64,000 nucleotides of DNA, taken from assembly GCA_964504295.1 (NCBI GenBank), contig CAZDEC010000007.1, positions 664-64,663 on the forward strand, written 5' to 3'. The notes below the pieces were generated by a model. It was not told the DNA's origin and did not search any database. It worked only from the letters and a program-made list of their open reading frames with translations. Origin of the DNA: an uncultured Thioalkalispiraceae bacterium (GTDB taxonomy: Bacteria > Pseudomonadota > Gammaproteobacteria > UBA6429 > Thiohalophilaceae). Position 1 is the stretch's first letter; every line of letters begins with the position of its first letter. This document shows positions 27,513 through 36,821 of the stretch, piece by piece. A program made the translations under genes and the position numbers.

Positions 27513-27773
27513 ACGGCTGTTTTTTTTGTTAGGTTGTAAGCGGGTGAATGCTAGGGGGCGCACTGCGAGCTGTCAAGTTACCTTTTGTATATGTGTTACT
27601 CTGCTGATGCTCATAAATGACTATTCTGAGTGAAAAAAGCTTAAAAAATTACAGAATATTGGCTTAAAATCTTTGACCCAGCTTAATTGAACCAGTACAA
27701 TTGCCGGCTCAATTAACACCAGCCTTGTCGTGTGTTTTTTCTTATCTGACAGGGCTTTACTGGAGATGATTTA

Positions 27774-28088
27774 ATGTACGCGGTAATTGAAAGCGGCGGT
27801 AAGCAATATCGAGTTGCCCAAGGCCAATATTTAAAAGTTGAAAAGCTGGATGTTGAAGAAGGCGGCAGTCTGGATATCGAGAAGGTTTTAATGGTTGCCG
27901 ATGGCGACGACATTAAAATTGGTGCGCCTTATGTTGCTGGTGGCAAAGTAACGGTTAAAGTGAAAAGCCATGGTCGTGGAGACAAGATCCGAATTATTAA
28001 ATTCCGTCGTCGTAAGCACTCGCGTAAAACGCAGGGTCATCGTCAACATTATACTGAAATCGAAATTACTGGCATTAGCGCAAGCTAG
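27774..28088 (+). CDS. rplU: 50S ribosomal protein L21
   Basis: [21 protein letters not shown]... Canonical L21. Divergent from ispB, as in many gammaproteobacteria. Confidence 0.97.
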   Translation: MYAVIESGGKQYRVAQGQYLKVEKLDVEEGGSLDIEKVLMVADGDDIKIGAPYVAGGKVTVKVKSHGRGDKIRIIKFRRRKHSRKTQGHRQHYTEIEITGISAS

Positions 28089-28109
28089 TCTGGTTTAAGG
28101 AGTAAGAAG

Positions 28110-28370
28110 ATGGCTCATAAGAAAGCTGGTGGTAGTACTCGTAATGGTCGTGATTCCAACGCGAAGCGATTAGGTGTAAAAGCTTATGGCGGTGAAGCTG
28201 TATTAGCCGGAAGCATTATTATTCGTCAACGCGGTACTAAAGTTCATCCTGGTGTGAACGTTGGCCGCGGTGGTGACGATACTTTATATGCCAAGGCAGA
28301 CGGCATTGTTAGTTTCGAAATTAAAGGTCCTAAAAGACGTAAGCAAGTGAGTATTATTGCGGCGGCTTAA
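28110..28370 (+). CDS. rpmA: 50S ribosomal protein L27
   Basis: [27 protein letters not shown]...[24 protein letters not shown]. Confidence 0.97.
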   Translation: MAHKKAGGSTRNGRDSNAKRLGVKAYGGEAVLAGSIIIRQRGTKVHPGVNVGRGGDDTLYAKADGIVSFEIKGPKRRKQVSIIAAA

Positions 28371-28399
28371 AAAACATATTGTATGTTTGTTTTAAAGAA

Positions 28400-28423
28400 C
28401 CTCGTCGATGACGGGGTTTTTTG
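28400..28423 (+). terminator. Terminator/attenuator-like hairpin after rpmA
   Basis: CCTCGTC-gat-GACGGGG (one G-U pair) followed by TTTTTT. Confidence 0.55.
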
Positions 28424-28475
28424 TTATTAGACTGTAGTAAATTAAAGAACTTAATATTTGTAACACGGTATCACG

Positions 28476-29531
28476 ATGAAATTTGTAGACGAAGCGATTA
28501 TAAAAATACAGGCAGGCAAAGGTGGCAATGGTGCTGCAACCTTTCGTCGTGAAAAATTTATTGAATTTGGTGGCCCCGATGGTGGCGATGGTGGTGATGG
28601 TGGCCATATCATTATGCAAGGCAATGTTAATTCAAATACGCTTGCTGATTTTCGTTTTGTTCGTCACTATAAAGCCGAAAATGGTCACGGTGGTGGAAGG
28701 CGACAAATGACCGGGCGGCGTGGTGAAAATAAAGTTATCCAGGTTCCTTTGGGGACACAAATTTATGATGATGATACCAACGAACTTATTGGCGACATTG
28801 TTGAAAATGGCCAGCAACTTATTGTCGCGAAGGGCGGCGAGCATGGTATTGGTAATGTGCATTTTAAAAGCAGTACCAATAGGGCTCCCCGGCAGTTTAC
28901 ATCGGGAACTGTAGGAGAAGAGCGACCACTGCGTTTAGAATTAAAAGTATTAGCTGATGTTGGTTTACTTGGTTTACCCAATGCCGGTAAGTCGACTTTT
29001 ATTCGTTCGGTTTCGGCTGCCAAACCTAAAGTGGCAGATTATCCTTTTACAACTTTGTACCCAAACCTGGGCGTGGTGAGTGTAGAAGAACATCGCAGTT
29101 TTGTGGTTGCCGATATCCCCGGTATTATCGAAGGTGCTGCCGAAGGTGCCGGGCTGGGCATTACCTTTCTAAAACATATTTCGCGCACTCGTCTGTTACT
29201 GCATGTTGTAGATACGGTACCCTATGACCACGAAGTTGATCCGGTTAACAGTGTTCGAGTAATCGAGAAAGAGTTAGACAAGTATGGTCAGGATTTATCA
29301 AATTACACGCGTTGGTTAGTTTTGAATAAGATTGACTTGATACCCGAAGAAGAACGGCAAGCCTATTGTGACGATATAATAAAACGATTAGATTGGACGG
29401 GACCTGTTTATAAAATTGCAGCCATTAATAAACTGGGCACGAAAGGTTTGTGTTTTGATATTATGGCGCATGTGGAAGAGCAGTTGGCTTTGAATGATAT
29501 TGTAAATGAAGCTGGAGTAGAAAATACCTAG
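28476..29531 (+). CDS. obg: GTPase Obg/CgtA
   Basis: MKFVDEA.I....GKGGNG..SFRREK....[11 protein letters not shown] glycine-rich Obg fold. G1 [10 protein letters not shown]3 DIPG, G4 NKID. Confidence 0.95.
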   Translation: MKFVDEAIIKIQAGKGGNGAATFRREKFIEFGGPDGGDGGDGGHIIMQGNVNSNTLADFRFVRHYKAENGHGGGRRQMTGRRGENKVIQVPLGTQIYDDDTNELIGDIVENGQQLIVAKGGEHGIGNVHFKSSTNRAPRQFTSGTVGEERPLRLELKVLADVGLLGLPNAGKSTFIRSVSAAKPKVADYPFTTLYPNLGVVSVEEHRSFVVADIPGIIEGAAEGAGLGITFLKHISRTRLLLHVVDTVPYDHEVDPVNSVRVIEKELDKYGQDLSNYTRWLVLNKIDLIPEEERQAYCDDIIKRLDWTGPVYKIAAINKLGTKGLCFDIMAHVEEQLALNDIVNEAGVENT

Positions 29532-29547
29532 CCTTAAAAAGGGCGTG

Positions 29548-29702
29548 TTCTTCCCGCGCAGGTGGGGATCCATGTTGGCGATCAATATATTGTTAGCTTA
29601 AAAAGGATAACAGCTGATATTGTAGCGCGACGTGAATATTTTATATTTGTTCCTGAATGGGCATTTGAAGTATGTAGATTACCGCCTGTGTGGGAATGAC
29701 GG
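29548..29702. repeat. Two REP-like half elements in inverted orientation in the obg-proB spacer
   Basis: TTCTTCCCGCGCAGGTGGGGATCC (29548-29571) and CCGCCTGTGTGGGAATGACGG (29682-29702). Confidence 0.4.
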
Positions 29703-29759
29703 ATATAAATTTATACCGTACTGTAGTAAGTCCATGCGGAAATAATATATTAATTAAAA

Positions 29760-30899
29760 ATGAAAAATACTCAAATCCAATACCGGCAACAATTAAAATC
29801 ATCTAAACGCTGGGTGGTTAAAATTGGCAGCGCCTTGTTAACAAACGACGGCGCGGGATTAAATCAACAAAATATAAAAGCCTGGGTTGAGCAAATTGTT
29901 AAGCTTAAAAAGCTCGGTCTGGAAATTGTTTTAGTTTCTTCCGGTGCCGTTGCCGAAGGAATGAGCCGTCTGGGTATTTCAGAACGGCCTCAAGCGGTGC
30001 ATGAGTTACAGGCAGCCGCAGCAGTTGGGCAGATGGGGCTAGTGCAGGCCTATGAATCAGAATTTAGCCAATATGGTATGCATACGGCACAAATTTTATT
30101 AACTCATGACGACTTATCGAACCGTCAACGTTATTTAAATGCCCGCGGCACGATTCGTAGTTTGCTTAAGTTAAATGTTATCCCAGTTATCAATGAAAAC
30201 GATACGGTCGTAACCGACGAAATTCGTTTTGGCGATAACGATACACTTGCGGCACTGGTTGCTAACTTAATCGAAGCCGATCACCTCATTATATTGACTG
30301 ATCAGGATGGCTTGTTCGATAAAAATCCTCGTACCTATTCAGATGCTAAAATTATCCAGCATGCTGATGTAAATGATTCTGTGCTTGATTCGATGGTTGA
30401 ATCAGCTGGTGGAAAACTCGGTAGTGGCGGCATGCTAACAAAATTACGTGCTGCACGTTTAGCCGCACGCTCTGGGACTAATACAATCATCGCCAGTGGT
30501 CGTAATGCGACAAACTTAATACACATTCACGCAGCAGATGAGATTGGCAGTTTATTATTTACCGATAAAAAACCTGATACTGCTCACAAGCAATGGCTTG
30601 CTGGTCATTTACAAATGCGCGGTAAATTGCTTATTGATAATGGTGCAGAAAAAATGCTTTGTGCATCGGGCAGTAGTTTACTGGCGGTTGGTATTGAATC
30701 TGTTGAAGGTGATTTTAGTCGTGGAGAAGTGGTTGCATGTATTTCACAGACAGGTAAACAAATTGGCTGTGGTCTGGTGAATTATAATGCCGATGAGATT
30801 CGTCGCTTACAGGGCCAACCTAGCCACAAAATTAGTGAAATACTCGGCTATATTAACGAAGACGAAATTATTCATCGGGATAATCTTGTTTTAACATAA
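29760..30899 (+). CDS. proB: Glutamate 5-kinase with C-terminal PUA domain
   Basis: VVKIGSALLT, VLVSSGAVA.G, FGDNDTLAALVA. The PUA segment has GEVV.. ...G.GLVNY. Confidence 0.95.
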   Translation: MKNTQIQYRQQLKSSKRWVVKIGSALLTNDGAGLNQQNIKAWVEQIVKLKKLGLEIVLVSSGAVAEGMSRLGISERPQAVHELQAAAAVGQMGLVQAYESEFSQYGMHTAQILLTHDDLSNRQRYLNARGTIRSLLKLNVIPVINENDTVVTDEIRFGDNDTLAALVANLIEADHLIILTDQDGLFDKNPRTYSDAKIIQHADVNDSVLDSMVESAGGKLGSGGMLTKLRAARLAARSGTNTIIASGRNATNLIHIHAADEIGSLLFTDKKPDTAHKQWLAGHLQMRGKLLIDNGAEKMLCASGSSLLAVGIESVEGDFSRGEVVACISQTGKQIGCGLVNYNADEIRRLQGQPSHKISEILGYINEDEIIHRDNLVLT

Positions 30900-30965
30900 A
30901 AAAGCGAAGCAATATTTATTGCCTCGCTGAATGTTGGAGTATGCTGATTATATTTAATAACAAGG

Positions 30966-31532
30966 TTAATCGATAACGGGTGATGCGTTAATGCTTAACT
31001 TAATCCATTTACCTGGACGATAAGGCATCTGAGTTGTCATTATTTGACCGCGATATCGGTAACTCACATTGTATCCAGCAATACGTCGTTGAGATTCGCT
31101 AACATACTGTGTTTGACAGCGAGGTTCATAGTTGGTGTATTGAGTTGAATACGCATTTTGGTCGGCGATACGGCTGCCAATTTGTGAGCCAATTAATGCA
31201 CCAATCAGGGCGCGACCTTTACGTGATTTACCGTGGCCTAAATTATTGCCAATTACGCCACCGATAATGCCGCCTAATAGCACGCTGCCGCCACGGTCAG
31301 CATTACTATAACGAGTATGAGTAACGCGTTGTTGATAGCAATTCTGCCGAGGAACGTTCGTTGTGACATATTTGAAAATGGGTTCAGTACTTATCACTTC
31401 TGCATTAACGAAAAAACCATCGGTATAATCTGTATAAGCGGGGACATTGTTGGGACTAGCCTGTGCCAATGGTATTGTGGTTGCCATTATTGCTAAAGTA
31501 GCGATTACGATTTTATTAGATGTGCTTTTCAT
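30966..31532 (-). CDS. Secreted glycine-zipper 2TM (Rick_17kDa_Anti-like) outer-membrane protein
   Basis: Signal peptide ...PLAQA. Glycine zipper GGIIGGVIGNNLG...GALIGSQIGSRI. Confidence 0.7.
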   Translation of the reverse strand: MKSTSNKIVIATLAIMATTIPLAQASPNNVPAYTDYTDGFFVNAEVISTEPIFKYVTTNVPRQNCYQQRVTHTRYSNADRGGSVLLGGIIGGVIGNNLGHGKSRKGRALIGALIGSQIGSRIADQNAYSTQYTNYEPRCQTQYVSESQRRIAGYNVSYRYRGQIMTTQMPYRPGKWIKLSINASPVID

Positions 31533-31670
31533 GATCCTGTACTCCTGTTCTCTTTCCAGTATTGTTGTTTGCTGCTCTTTTTCTTAGCTTAAAAAAAGTA
31601 TAGATCAGACATGCTGAATAGAAGCTGAATAAGTGGGACTAATTTTGATGTATAAAACAAAGAGATAAGG

Positions 31671-32750
31671 GTGAAAATATTATTACTTTCAGCATATCAT
31701 GCGCAAAGCCACCAATCATGGTGTGCCAGCTTGATGGCGATGCTCCCTGAATATGACTGGACCTTACTCAGCCTGCCGGGGCGTTATTTTAACTGGCGGG
31801 TACGGGGCAATGCCTTGAGTTGGAGTATTAAACAGAAAAAAACACTTGAGCAAGATTATAATTTTGTACTAGCAACGTCGATGGTCGACTGTGCAACATT
31901 GCGCGGTTTAATTCCAGAATTAAACCGTATTCCCTGGATAATCTATTTTCACGAAAACCAGTTTGCTTACCCGGTTGATTCGCAACATGACCATCTTGAG
32001 CCTAAAATGGTTAGTTTGTATAACGCCTTATGTGCTGAAAAAATCATTTTTAACAGCCATTATAATCATGAAACATTTATAAGTGGTTTAGCGAAGTTTT
32101 TAAAAAAAATGCCGGACGAAGTGCCGACAACGACCGTTAATATAATAGAAAGTAAATGTGAAGTTTTAGCTGTTCCGATAAATGTCCCTATCCTGTCAGT
32201 AAAAAGAATGAATAAAGTCCCGGTATTGTTATGGAATCATCGTTGGGAATACGATAAAGGACCATTGCAGCTACTTAATGTTTTAAAAGAATTAAAACAA
32301 TGTGGTTTCAATTTTAAATTAAATTTACTGGGGCAGCAATTTAGAAGTGCGCCACTTGAGCTAACCGAAATACAGAAAACATTCTCCGATGAAATTATTA
32401 ATGTGGGTTATGTTGAGTCGCTGGAAAATTACCATAACATTGTTAAAACATCTGATTTTGTTCTATCAACAGCGCTACATGATTTTCAGGGTCTGGCGAT
32501 ATTGGAAGCTGTTGCACTTGGTTGTGTGCCAGTCGTCCCCAATCGTTTGTCGTATAGCGATATTTTTCCTGAGCAATATCGCTATGCGTCTAATCTGGAA
32601 GAAATAAAGAATGAATCAAGAGCAATGGCAGATAAAATAATATTATTATGGCAAGAACGTGAAAAAAGAAATCTGCAGGATATTAATATTAAAAAATTCA
32701 GTCATGATGAGATGCGAGAAAAATACGCTAAAATTTTATTTCCGGCTTAA
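31671..32750 (+). CDS. DUF3524 + GT1 glycosyltransferase; bacterial homolog of tRNA-queuosine alpha-mannosyltransferase (GTDC1/QTMAN)
   Basis: N-terminal MKILLLSAYHAQSHQSW...LSLPGRYFNWRVRGNALSW resembles the GTDC1 N-domain (...GSH..W...LP...W.WR.R..AL). C-terminal GT1 block (HDFQGLAILEAVALGCVPV.PNRLSY). GTG start. Confidence 0.75.
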   Translation: MKILLLSAYHAQSHQSWCASLMAMLPEYDWTLLSLPGRYFNWRVRGNALSWSIKQKKTLEQDYNFVLATSMVDCATLRGLIPELNRIPWIIYFHENQFAYPVDSQHDHLEPKMVSLYNALCAEKIIFNSHYNHETFISGLAKFLKKMPDEVPTTTVNIIESKCEVLAVPINVPILSVKRMNKVPVLLWNHRWEYDKGPLQLLNVLKELKQCGFNFKLNLLGQQFRSAPLELTEIQKTFSDEIINVGYVESLENYHNIVKTSDFVLSTALHDFQGLAILEAVALGCVPVVPNRLSYSDIFPEQYRYASNLEEIKNESRAMADKIILLWQEREKRNLQDINIKKFSHDEMREKYAKILFPA

Positions 32751-33383
32751 CATAAATTCCTGCAGGCCACTTCTCATTAGTACGGAACGTGCATATTCAA
32801 ACCCTGGCATTGTTTTATTTAGCATAATGGGTGTTAATGGTGAGTGCCTGACGACTTCGTCAGTCGAAACACAATGATGTATCTTGTTGGCGCCTAATAT
32901 TTTAAATGTACCAGCTACTTTAGGGCGGTTCTCAGATGTAAATAAAAACCCATGAATGATGGTTTTTTTTGAACAAAGTTTTAACAAATAATTATTAAGT
33001 AGAGGTAAAATTTTGGGCTGGATATAATTAAAACTATCCCATGTGAGAATAACGTCATACTGCAGGGTGGTTATAGAAAGTATCTGTTCTATTTTTTTCT
33101 CTACAATAAATCTTGCCTCATCGCAATCCGGCCACGATAGCCTGATTAATGATTGAATACAATCTGCAATTGTCAGGAAGCAGTCATGCTCAGAATAAAA
33201 ATTAAAACTATCGGCTTGCGCCTGGCCTAAGTCCAGTATTCTAGGGGCGGTTTTTTTAATGTTATTTTTATTTGATTGATCCAGGGTAAAACTTTCCCAT
33301 ATAGAATTGAATATTCGGGTTGAAAGTGGTGCTGCATTATCCATGTAGTAATCAGATAATGCAGTTTGTATTTTAGGTAACAT
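32736..33383 (-). CDS. Hypothetical protein, possibly a class I methyltransferase-like fold
   Basis: RILDLGQAQ..S... and DVILTWDSFNY are reminiscent of SAM-MTase motifs I and post-II. Weak. Confidence 0.45.
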   Translation of the reverse strand: MLPKIQTALSDYYMDNAAPLSTRIFNSIWESFTLDQSNKNNIKKTAPRILDLGQAQADSFNFYSEHDCFLTIADCIQSLIRLSWPDCDEARFIVEKKIEQILSITTLQYDVILTWDSFNYIQPKILPLLNNYLLKLCSKKTIIHGFLFTSENRPKVAGTFKILGANKIHHCVSTDEVVRHSPLTPIMLNKTMPGFEYARSVLMRSGLQEFMLSRK

Positions 33384-33419
33384 CTAAAAGAATGGCTCGC
33401 TATATTGTCAGGAAATTTG

Positions 33420-33944
33420 CTAGGCACGTTTAAGTTGATTGTCGTGAGTGCTGCCTTGACCTTGCGATGGACGCTCATGTTTTGTTTCGCTCATATCAAT
33501 GCTACCTTTAAATTTGGCGCCATCTTCAAGTGAAACACGAGGCGAAAATATATTGCCGTTCACTTTTCCTGTTTTGCTTATATGTACTTTTTCTTTACCG
33601 TGTAACTCGCCGGTGAGTGAACCGTGTACAACAATGGTTTGTGCAAAAACGTCGGCTTTAATTTCACCGTTGCTGCCAATAATAAGCTGGTTGCCTTTTA
33701 AATCGATAGTGCCTTCAACTTTACCGTCAATAATTAAACCTTCTTCTCCGGTTAATTCACCTTTAAAGTGAATGGATGGACCAATAGAAGCCAGTTGTAC
33801 GCTAGTGTTTTTAGTGGTTGTTGGCTTGATGGGTTTTCGTGTGGTTTCGAGTTCCTGATTTTTAGTGGCAGGGTCAAAATTATTCTGAGTGGCTTTATTA
33901 AATGTATTACTTACATTTTTTTTCATTTCATTGATGTCAAACAT
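33420..33944 (-). CDS. Bactofilin-family cytoskeletal protein
   Basis: Repetitive beta-helix segment IHFKGELTGEEGLIIDGKVEGTIDLKGNQLIIGSNGEIKADVFAQTIVVHGSLTGELHG.EKVHISKTGKVNGNIFSPRVSLEDGAKFKGSIDM. Confidence 0.85.
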   Translation of the reverse strand: MFDINEMKKNVSNTFNKATQNNFDPATKNQELETTRKPIKPTTTKNTSVQLASIGPSIHFKGELTGEEGLIIDGKVEGTIDLKGNQLIIGSNGEIKADVFAQTIVVHGSLTGELHGKEKVHISKTGKVNGNIFSPRVSLEDGAKFKGSIDMSETKHERPSQGQGSTHDNQLKRA

Positions 33945-34113
33945 TCCATATTCTCCGTTAAAACGAGTGAAAGAGGCGGGAGTTGAATCACTTTATATAG
34001 ACTAAGCGATTGAAGCGTAGATACTATAGTGGCTTCTGCTTAAATAATGCGCAGTAGTTCTCAAGTCTGCTTTGAAAATATCCGGCAGGAGGGGGGATTA
34101 CTAAAATCCTGAA

Positions 34114-34533
34114 TTAGGCGTCCAGAAGTTGAGCATGTCGAGTTTCATCTTCAGGCATAATTCTTTCCTGAACTACTCGCCATTGGCCATCGGGTTCCTT
34201 TTCTATTATAACTTCGATGCCTTGAGCGTTAATGCTATTGTCGGAAGCTTCAACCGATTCATAGGTTTTAAACATAATGCTGGTATCAGTGTTAACGCGA
34301 AGCTTGAAGCCTGTGTAGTTTATTTGCTTAATTAAATTATTTTCAAATTCATGTTTGCATTGATTTGCCCAGTCGTCATAACCAATTGATTCAAAATCCG
34401 GTACGCCAGTCAAATTAACTTTTTTTGAAATTAAATTAAGGTGGCCATTGAGGTCTTTTGATTCGACTGTTTTACAGATGCTGTCCAGCCAGTATTGGGC
34501 AATTTTTTGTGCTTCTATTTTATCTTGAGACAT
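34114..34533 (-). CDS. NTF2/SnoaL-like fold hypothetical protein
   Basis: Size and pattern (…YWLDSICKTVESKDLNGHL.LISK.V...G......W....). Low-information call. Confidence 0.5.
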   Translation of the reverse strand: MSQDKIEAQKIAQYWLDSICKTVESKDLNGHLNLISKKVNLTGVPDFESIGYDDWANQCKHEFENNLIKQINYTGFKLRVNTDTSIMFKTYESVEASDNSINAQGIEVIIEKEPDGQWRVVQERIMPEDETRHAQLLDA

Positions 34534-34666
34534 TTTTAGCGATCTTTATTAAATTAGGTTGTTCTAATTATAAAGCGTCTGAAAAAATATTGCCTGTGGT
34601 AAATTAATAATAGATGAACTAAAAGGATGAGCTAAAACCAGATAAAAAATATGACATAGATAGGTG

Positions 34667-34864
34667 TCAGGCTTTGAATGATTGCTCGACACAAAAGACA
34701 TTATTAATAAAAAATTCCAGGTTAACTTCCGCATCATATTTGGAGTTATACGGGCCATAGTTAATGCCTTCGCGTGCGGTAAAAAACCATTTTGAGTCAA
34801 CGGTAAAGAAACGTCCTGTGCGGAAGGGAATACCCCCAGATTCACCTTTACGTAAAATTTCCAT
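34667..34864 (-). CDS. Small WFF-motif protein, paralog 2
   Basis: IPFRTGRFFTVDSKWFFTAREGINYGPYNSKYDAE shares its motif with the ORFs at 3197-3388 and 41125-41349. Confidence 0.7.
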   Translation of the reverse strand: MEILRKGESGGIPFRTGRFFTVDSKWFFTAREGINYGPYNSKYDAEVNLEFFINNVFCVEQSFKA

Positions 34865-35014
34865 ATTGCGCTAACCTGTCAATCAATGATAATAGGAGTA
34901 CTATATATAGGCAAACATGTTGGTCTTGTAAATCATTTAGCCAAAGCGCTAGATAAATGGTAGATATTTACCGATTAAATCCTGAAAATTAGTACTATTA
35001 GCTGAGGCTTTTAC

Positions 35015-35665
35015 ATGAATAAACAGACATTACATTCAGCGTTAATCCCAGAAGCGGAGGCTTTGCCCGGCAGAGATATTGCGATTGAACAAGCAGACAC
35101 CAATTTTTCCATCCAACACAGCGTTTTAAAAAATAGCATCGTGCCACCATTTCCTGATGCAATGCACACCGCTGTATTTGGTATGGGCTGTTTCTGGGGA
35201 GCCGAGCGAAAATTCTGGCTGCTAGATGGCGTGTATTCGACCGCAGTGGGTTACGCCGCTGGCATCACGCCCAATCCAACTTATCAGGAAGTGTGTTCGG
35301 GTATGACCGGGCATAATGAGGTTGTATTGGTTATATACGATGCGAGCATTATAACTTACGAAGTTTTATTAAAAACATTTTGGGAGTCGCACAACCCTAC
35401 ACAAGGCATGCGTCAGGGTAACGACCGTGGCACGCAATATCGCAGCGGGCTTTATTGCTATAACGATGAACAATGTGAAATGGCGGCTACATCCATACAA
35501 AAATTCCAAACCATTTTAGATGATAAAAATTTAGATAGAATTACCACAGAAATTATTGAAGCAGCAAAGTTTTACTATGCTGAAGACTACCATCAACAAT
35601 ATTTAGCAAAAAATCCGAATGGTTATTGTGGTCTGGGTGGGATTAATATTGAGTATGTTATTTAA
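35015..35665 (+). CDS. msrA: Peptide-methionine (S)-S-oxide reductase
   Basis: [12 protein letters not shown] active site and [22 protein letters not shown] block. Confidence 0.95.
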   Translation: MNKQTLHSALIPEAEALPGRDIAIEQADTNFSIQHSVLKNSIVPPFPDAMHTAVFGMGCFWGAERKFWLLDGVYSTAVGYAAGITPNPTYQEVCSGMTGHNEVVLVIYDASIITYEVLLKTFWESHNPTQGMRQGNDRGTQYRSGLYCYNDEQCEMAATSIQKFQTILDDKNLDRITTEIIEAAKFYYAEDYHQQYLAKNPNGYCGLGGINIEYVI

Positions 35666-35678
35666 GGCGGAGCTTAAC

Positions 35679-36221
35679 ATGGATTTTAAAAGCATCATTA
35701 ATTTCTGGTTTAGTGAAACAACCAAGCCGCTCTGGTTTAACTCAACGAACGATTTTGATACACACTTAAAAAAAGAATATCTGGCAGTTTATAACGATGC
35801 AAAAGAATTAAAATTAAAAACCTGGCAAATCGAACCATTAGGTGCGTTAGCGCTAGTTATTATTTTGGACCAATTTCCATTGAACATGTTTCGAGAAATG
35901 GCAGAAAGTTTTGTAACCGAAGCACTAGCTCGAGATATTGCCGCAAAGGCAATTGAGCAGGGGTTTGATGCTGAATTTACGGCTGAACAAAAAATATTTT
36001 TATATATGCCCTATATGCACAGTGAAGATTTAACCGATCAGGAACAGTCGCTCATACTCTTTAATCAGGAAGGGTTGGAATATAATCTTGAATTTGCGCA
36101 ACGTCATTATAATATCGTTAAACAGTTTGGTCGCTTTCCGCATCGCAACAAAATATTAGGCCGTGAAAATAGCGACCCTGAAATCGAATATTTAAATTCG
36201 GATAAGACGTATAAAGGCTAG
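35679..36221 (+). CDS. DUF924-family protein
   Basis: MDFKSIINFWF... LDQFPLNMFR ... PYMHSEDL ... FGRFPHRN blocks. ATG 35679 with RBS AAGGCGGAG preferred over the 35619 extension that overlaps msrA. Confidence 0.8.
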   Translation: MDFKSIINFWFSETTKPLWFNSTNDFDTHLKKEYLAVYNDAKELKLKTWQIEPLGALALVIILDQFPLNMFREMAESFVTEALARDIAAKAIEQGFDAEFTAEQKIFLYMPYMHSEDLTDQEQSLILFNQEGLEYNLEFAQRHYNIVKQFGRFPHRNKILGRENSDPEIEYLNSDKTYKG

Positions 36222-36229
36222 AGATTTTT

Positions 36230-36640
36230 TTATTTCTGAATTGTAATAATAACTTTACGATTAAAATTAGACGTACGATGCTCCCACAAATAAATCCCCT
36301 GCCATATTCCTAAAGCACAACGTCCTTCAGTAATGGGAATATTTAAACTGCTCGTGGTGAGAATACTACGAACGTGGGCACTCATATCGTCTGGGCCTTC
36401 ATCGGTGTGTAAAAACATCGGGTCGCCATCGGGGGCTAGCTTTGCCATAAAGGTTTCGAGATCCTCTCTAACCTGTGGATCGGCATTTTCGCAAAGCATC
36501 AGTGAGGCACTGGTATGTTGTACAAAGATATTGCATAAACCAATATCGATTGAGCTTTGCTGAACAACATCTTGCACCTGACGGGTAATATTGTAACTGC
36601 CACGGCCAGATGTTTTTAAAGCTAAAAGTTTTTGTTTCAT
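36230..36640 (-). CDS. YjbQ-family (UPF0047) secondary thiamine-phosphate synthase-like enzyme
   Basis: ITRQVQ..V..S.I..GLCNIFVQHTSASL...ENADP.V..DL... HVRS.L...SL.IP...G...LG.WQGIYL.EHR block. ATG 36640 with GGAG 8 nt upstream. Confidence 0.85.
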   Translation of the reverse strand: MKQKLLALKTSGRGSYNITRQVQDVVQQSSIDIGLCNIFVQHTSASLMLCENADPQVREDLETFMAKLAPDGDPMFLHTDEGPDDMSAHVRSILTTSSLNIPITEGRCALGIWQGIYLWEHRTSNFNRKVIITIQK

Positions 36641-36650
36641 TTTTGACTCC

Positions 36651-36811
36651 ACGGCTTTCCCGTTTATTTGAACCTAAAAATGTTGAAATGTTGAAATGTT
36701 GAAATGTTGAAATGTTGAAATTTGGAGTTGTGTCTACGTTTATGGAAAATACTAACACCCCCCATTCCATATCCTACTCTTATAGCCGATTCATTTATTA
36801 ACGAAACAGCC
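36651..36811. mobile_element. MITE-like element, family 2, copy A (contains the expanded 8-bp repeat)
   Basis: Shares with copy B (39082-39227) the left arm GCT.TC.CGTT.A.TTGAA.C, TGTTGAAAT, the core ACGTTTATG..AAT.CTAAC.ACACCCCCATTCCATATCCTA.CT.TTATA.CCG, and the right arm TTAACG..ACAGC. Confidence 0.55.
36681..36720. repeat. Perfect 8-bp tandem repeat (TGTTGAAA) x5
   Basis: Read directly. Copy B of the same element has only one unit. Lies 41-80 nt upstream of the yjbQ-family start codon on the opposite strand. Confidence 0.95.
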
Positions 36812-36821
36812 ATGATCCGTT

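Noticed and set aside
28392-29585. Several 60-90-aa ORFs overlapping obg on both strands
   Set aside because: These are shadows of the Gly-rich GGxGG repeat-coding region and the GTPase domain. The obg frame is unambiguous.
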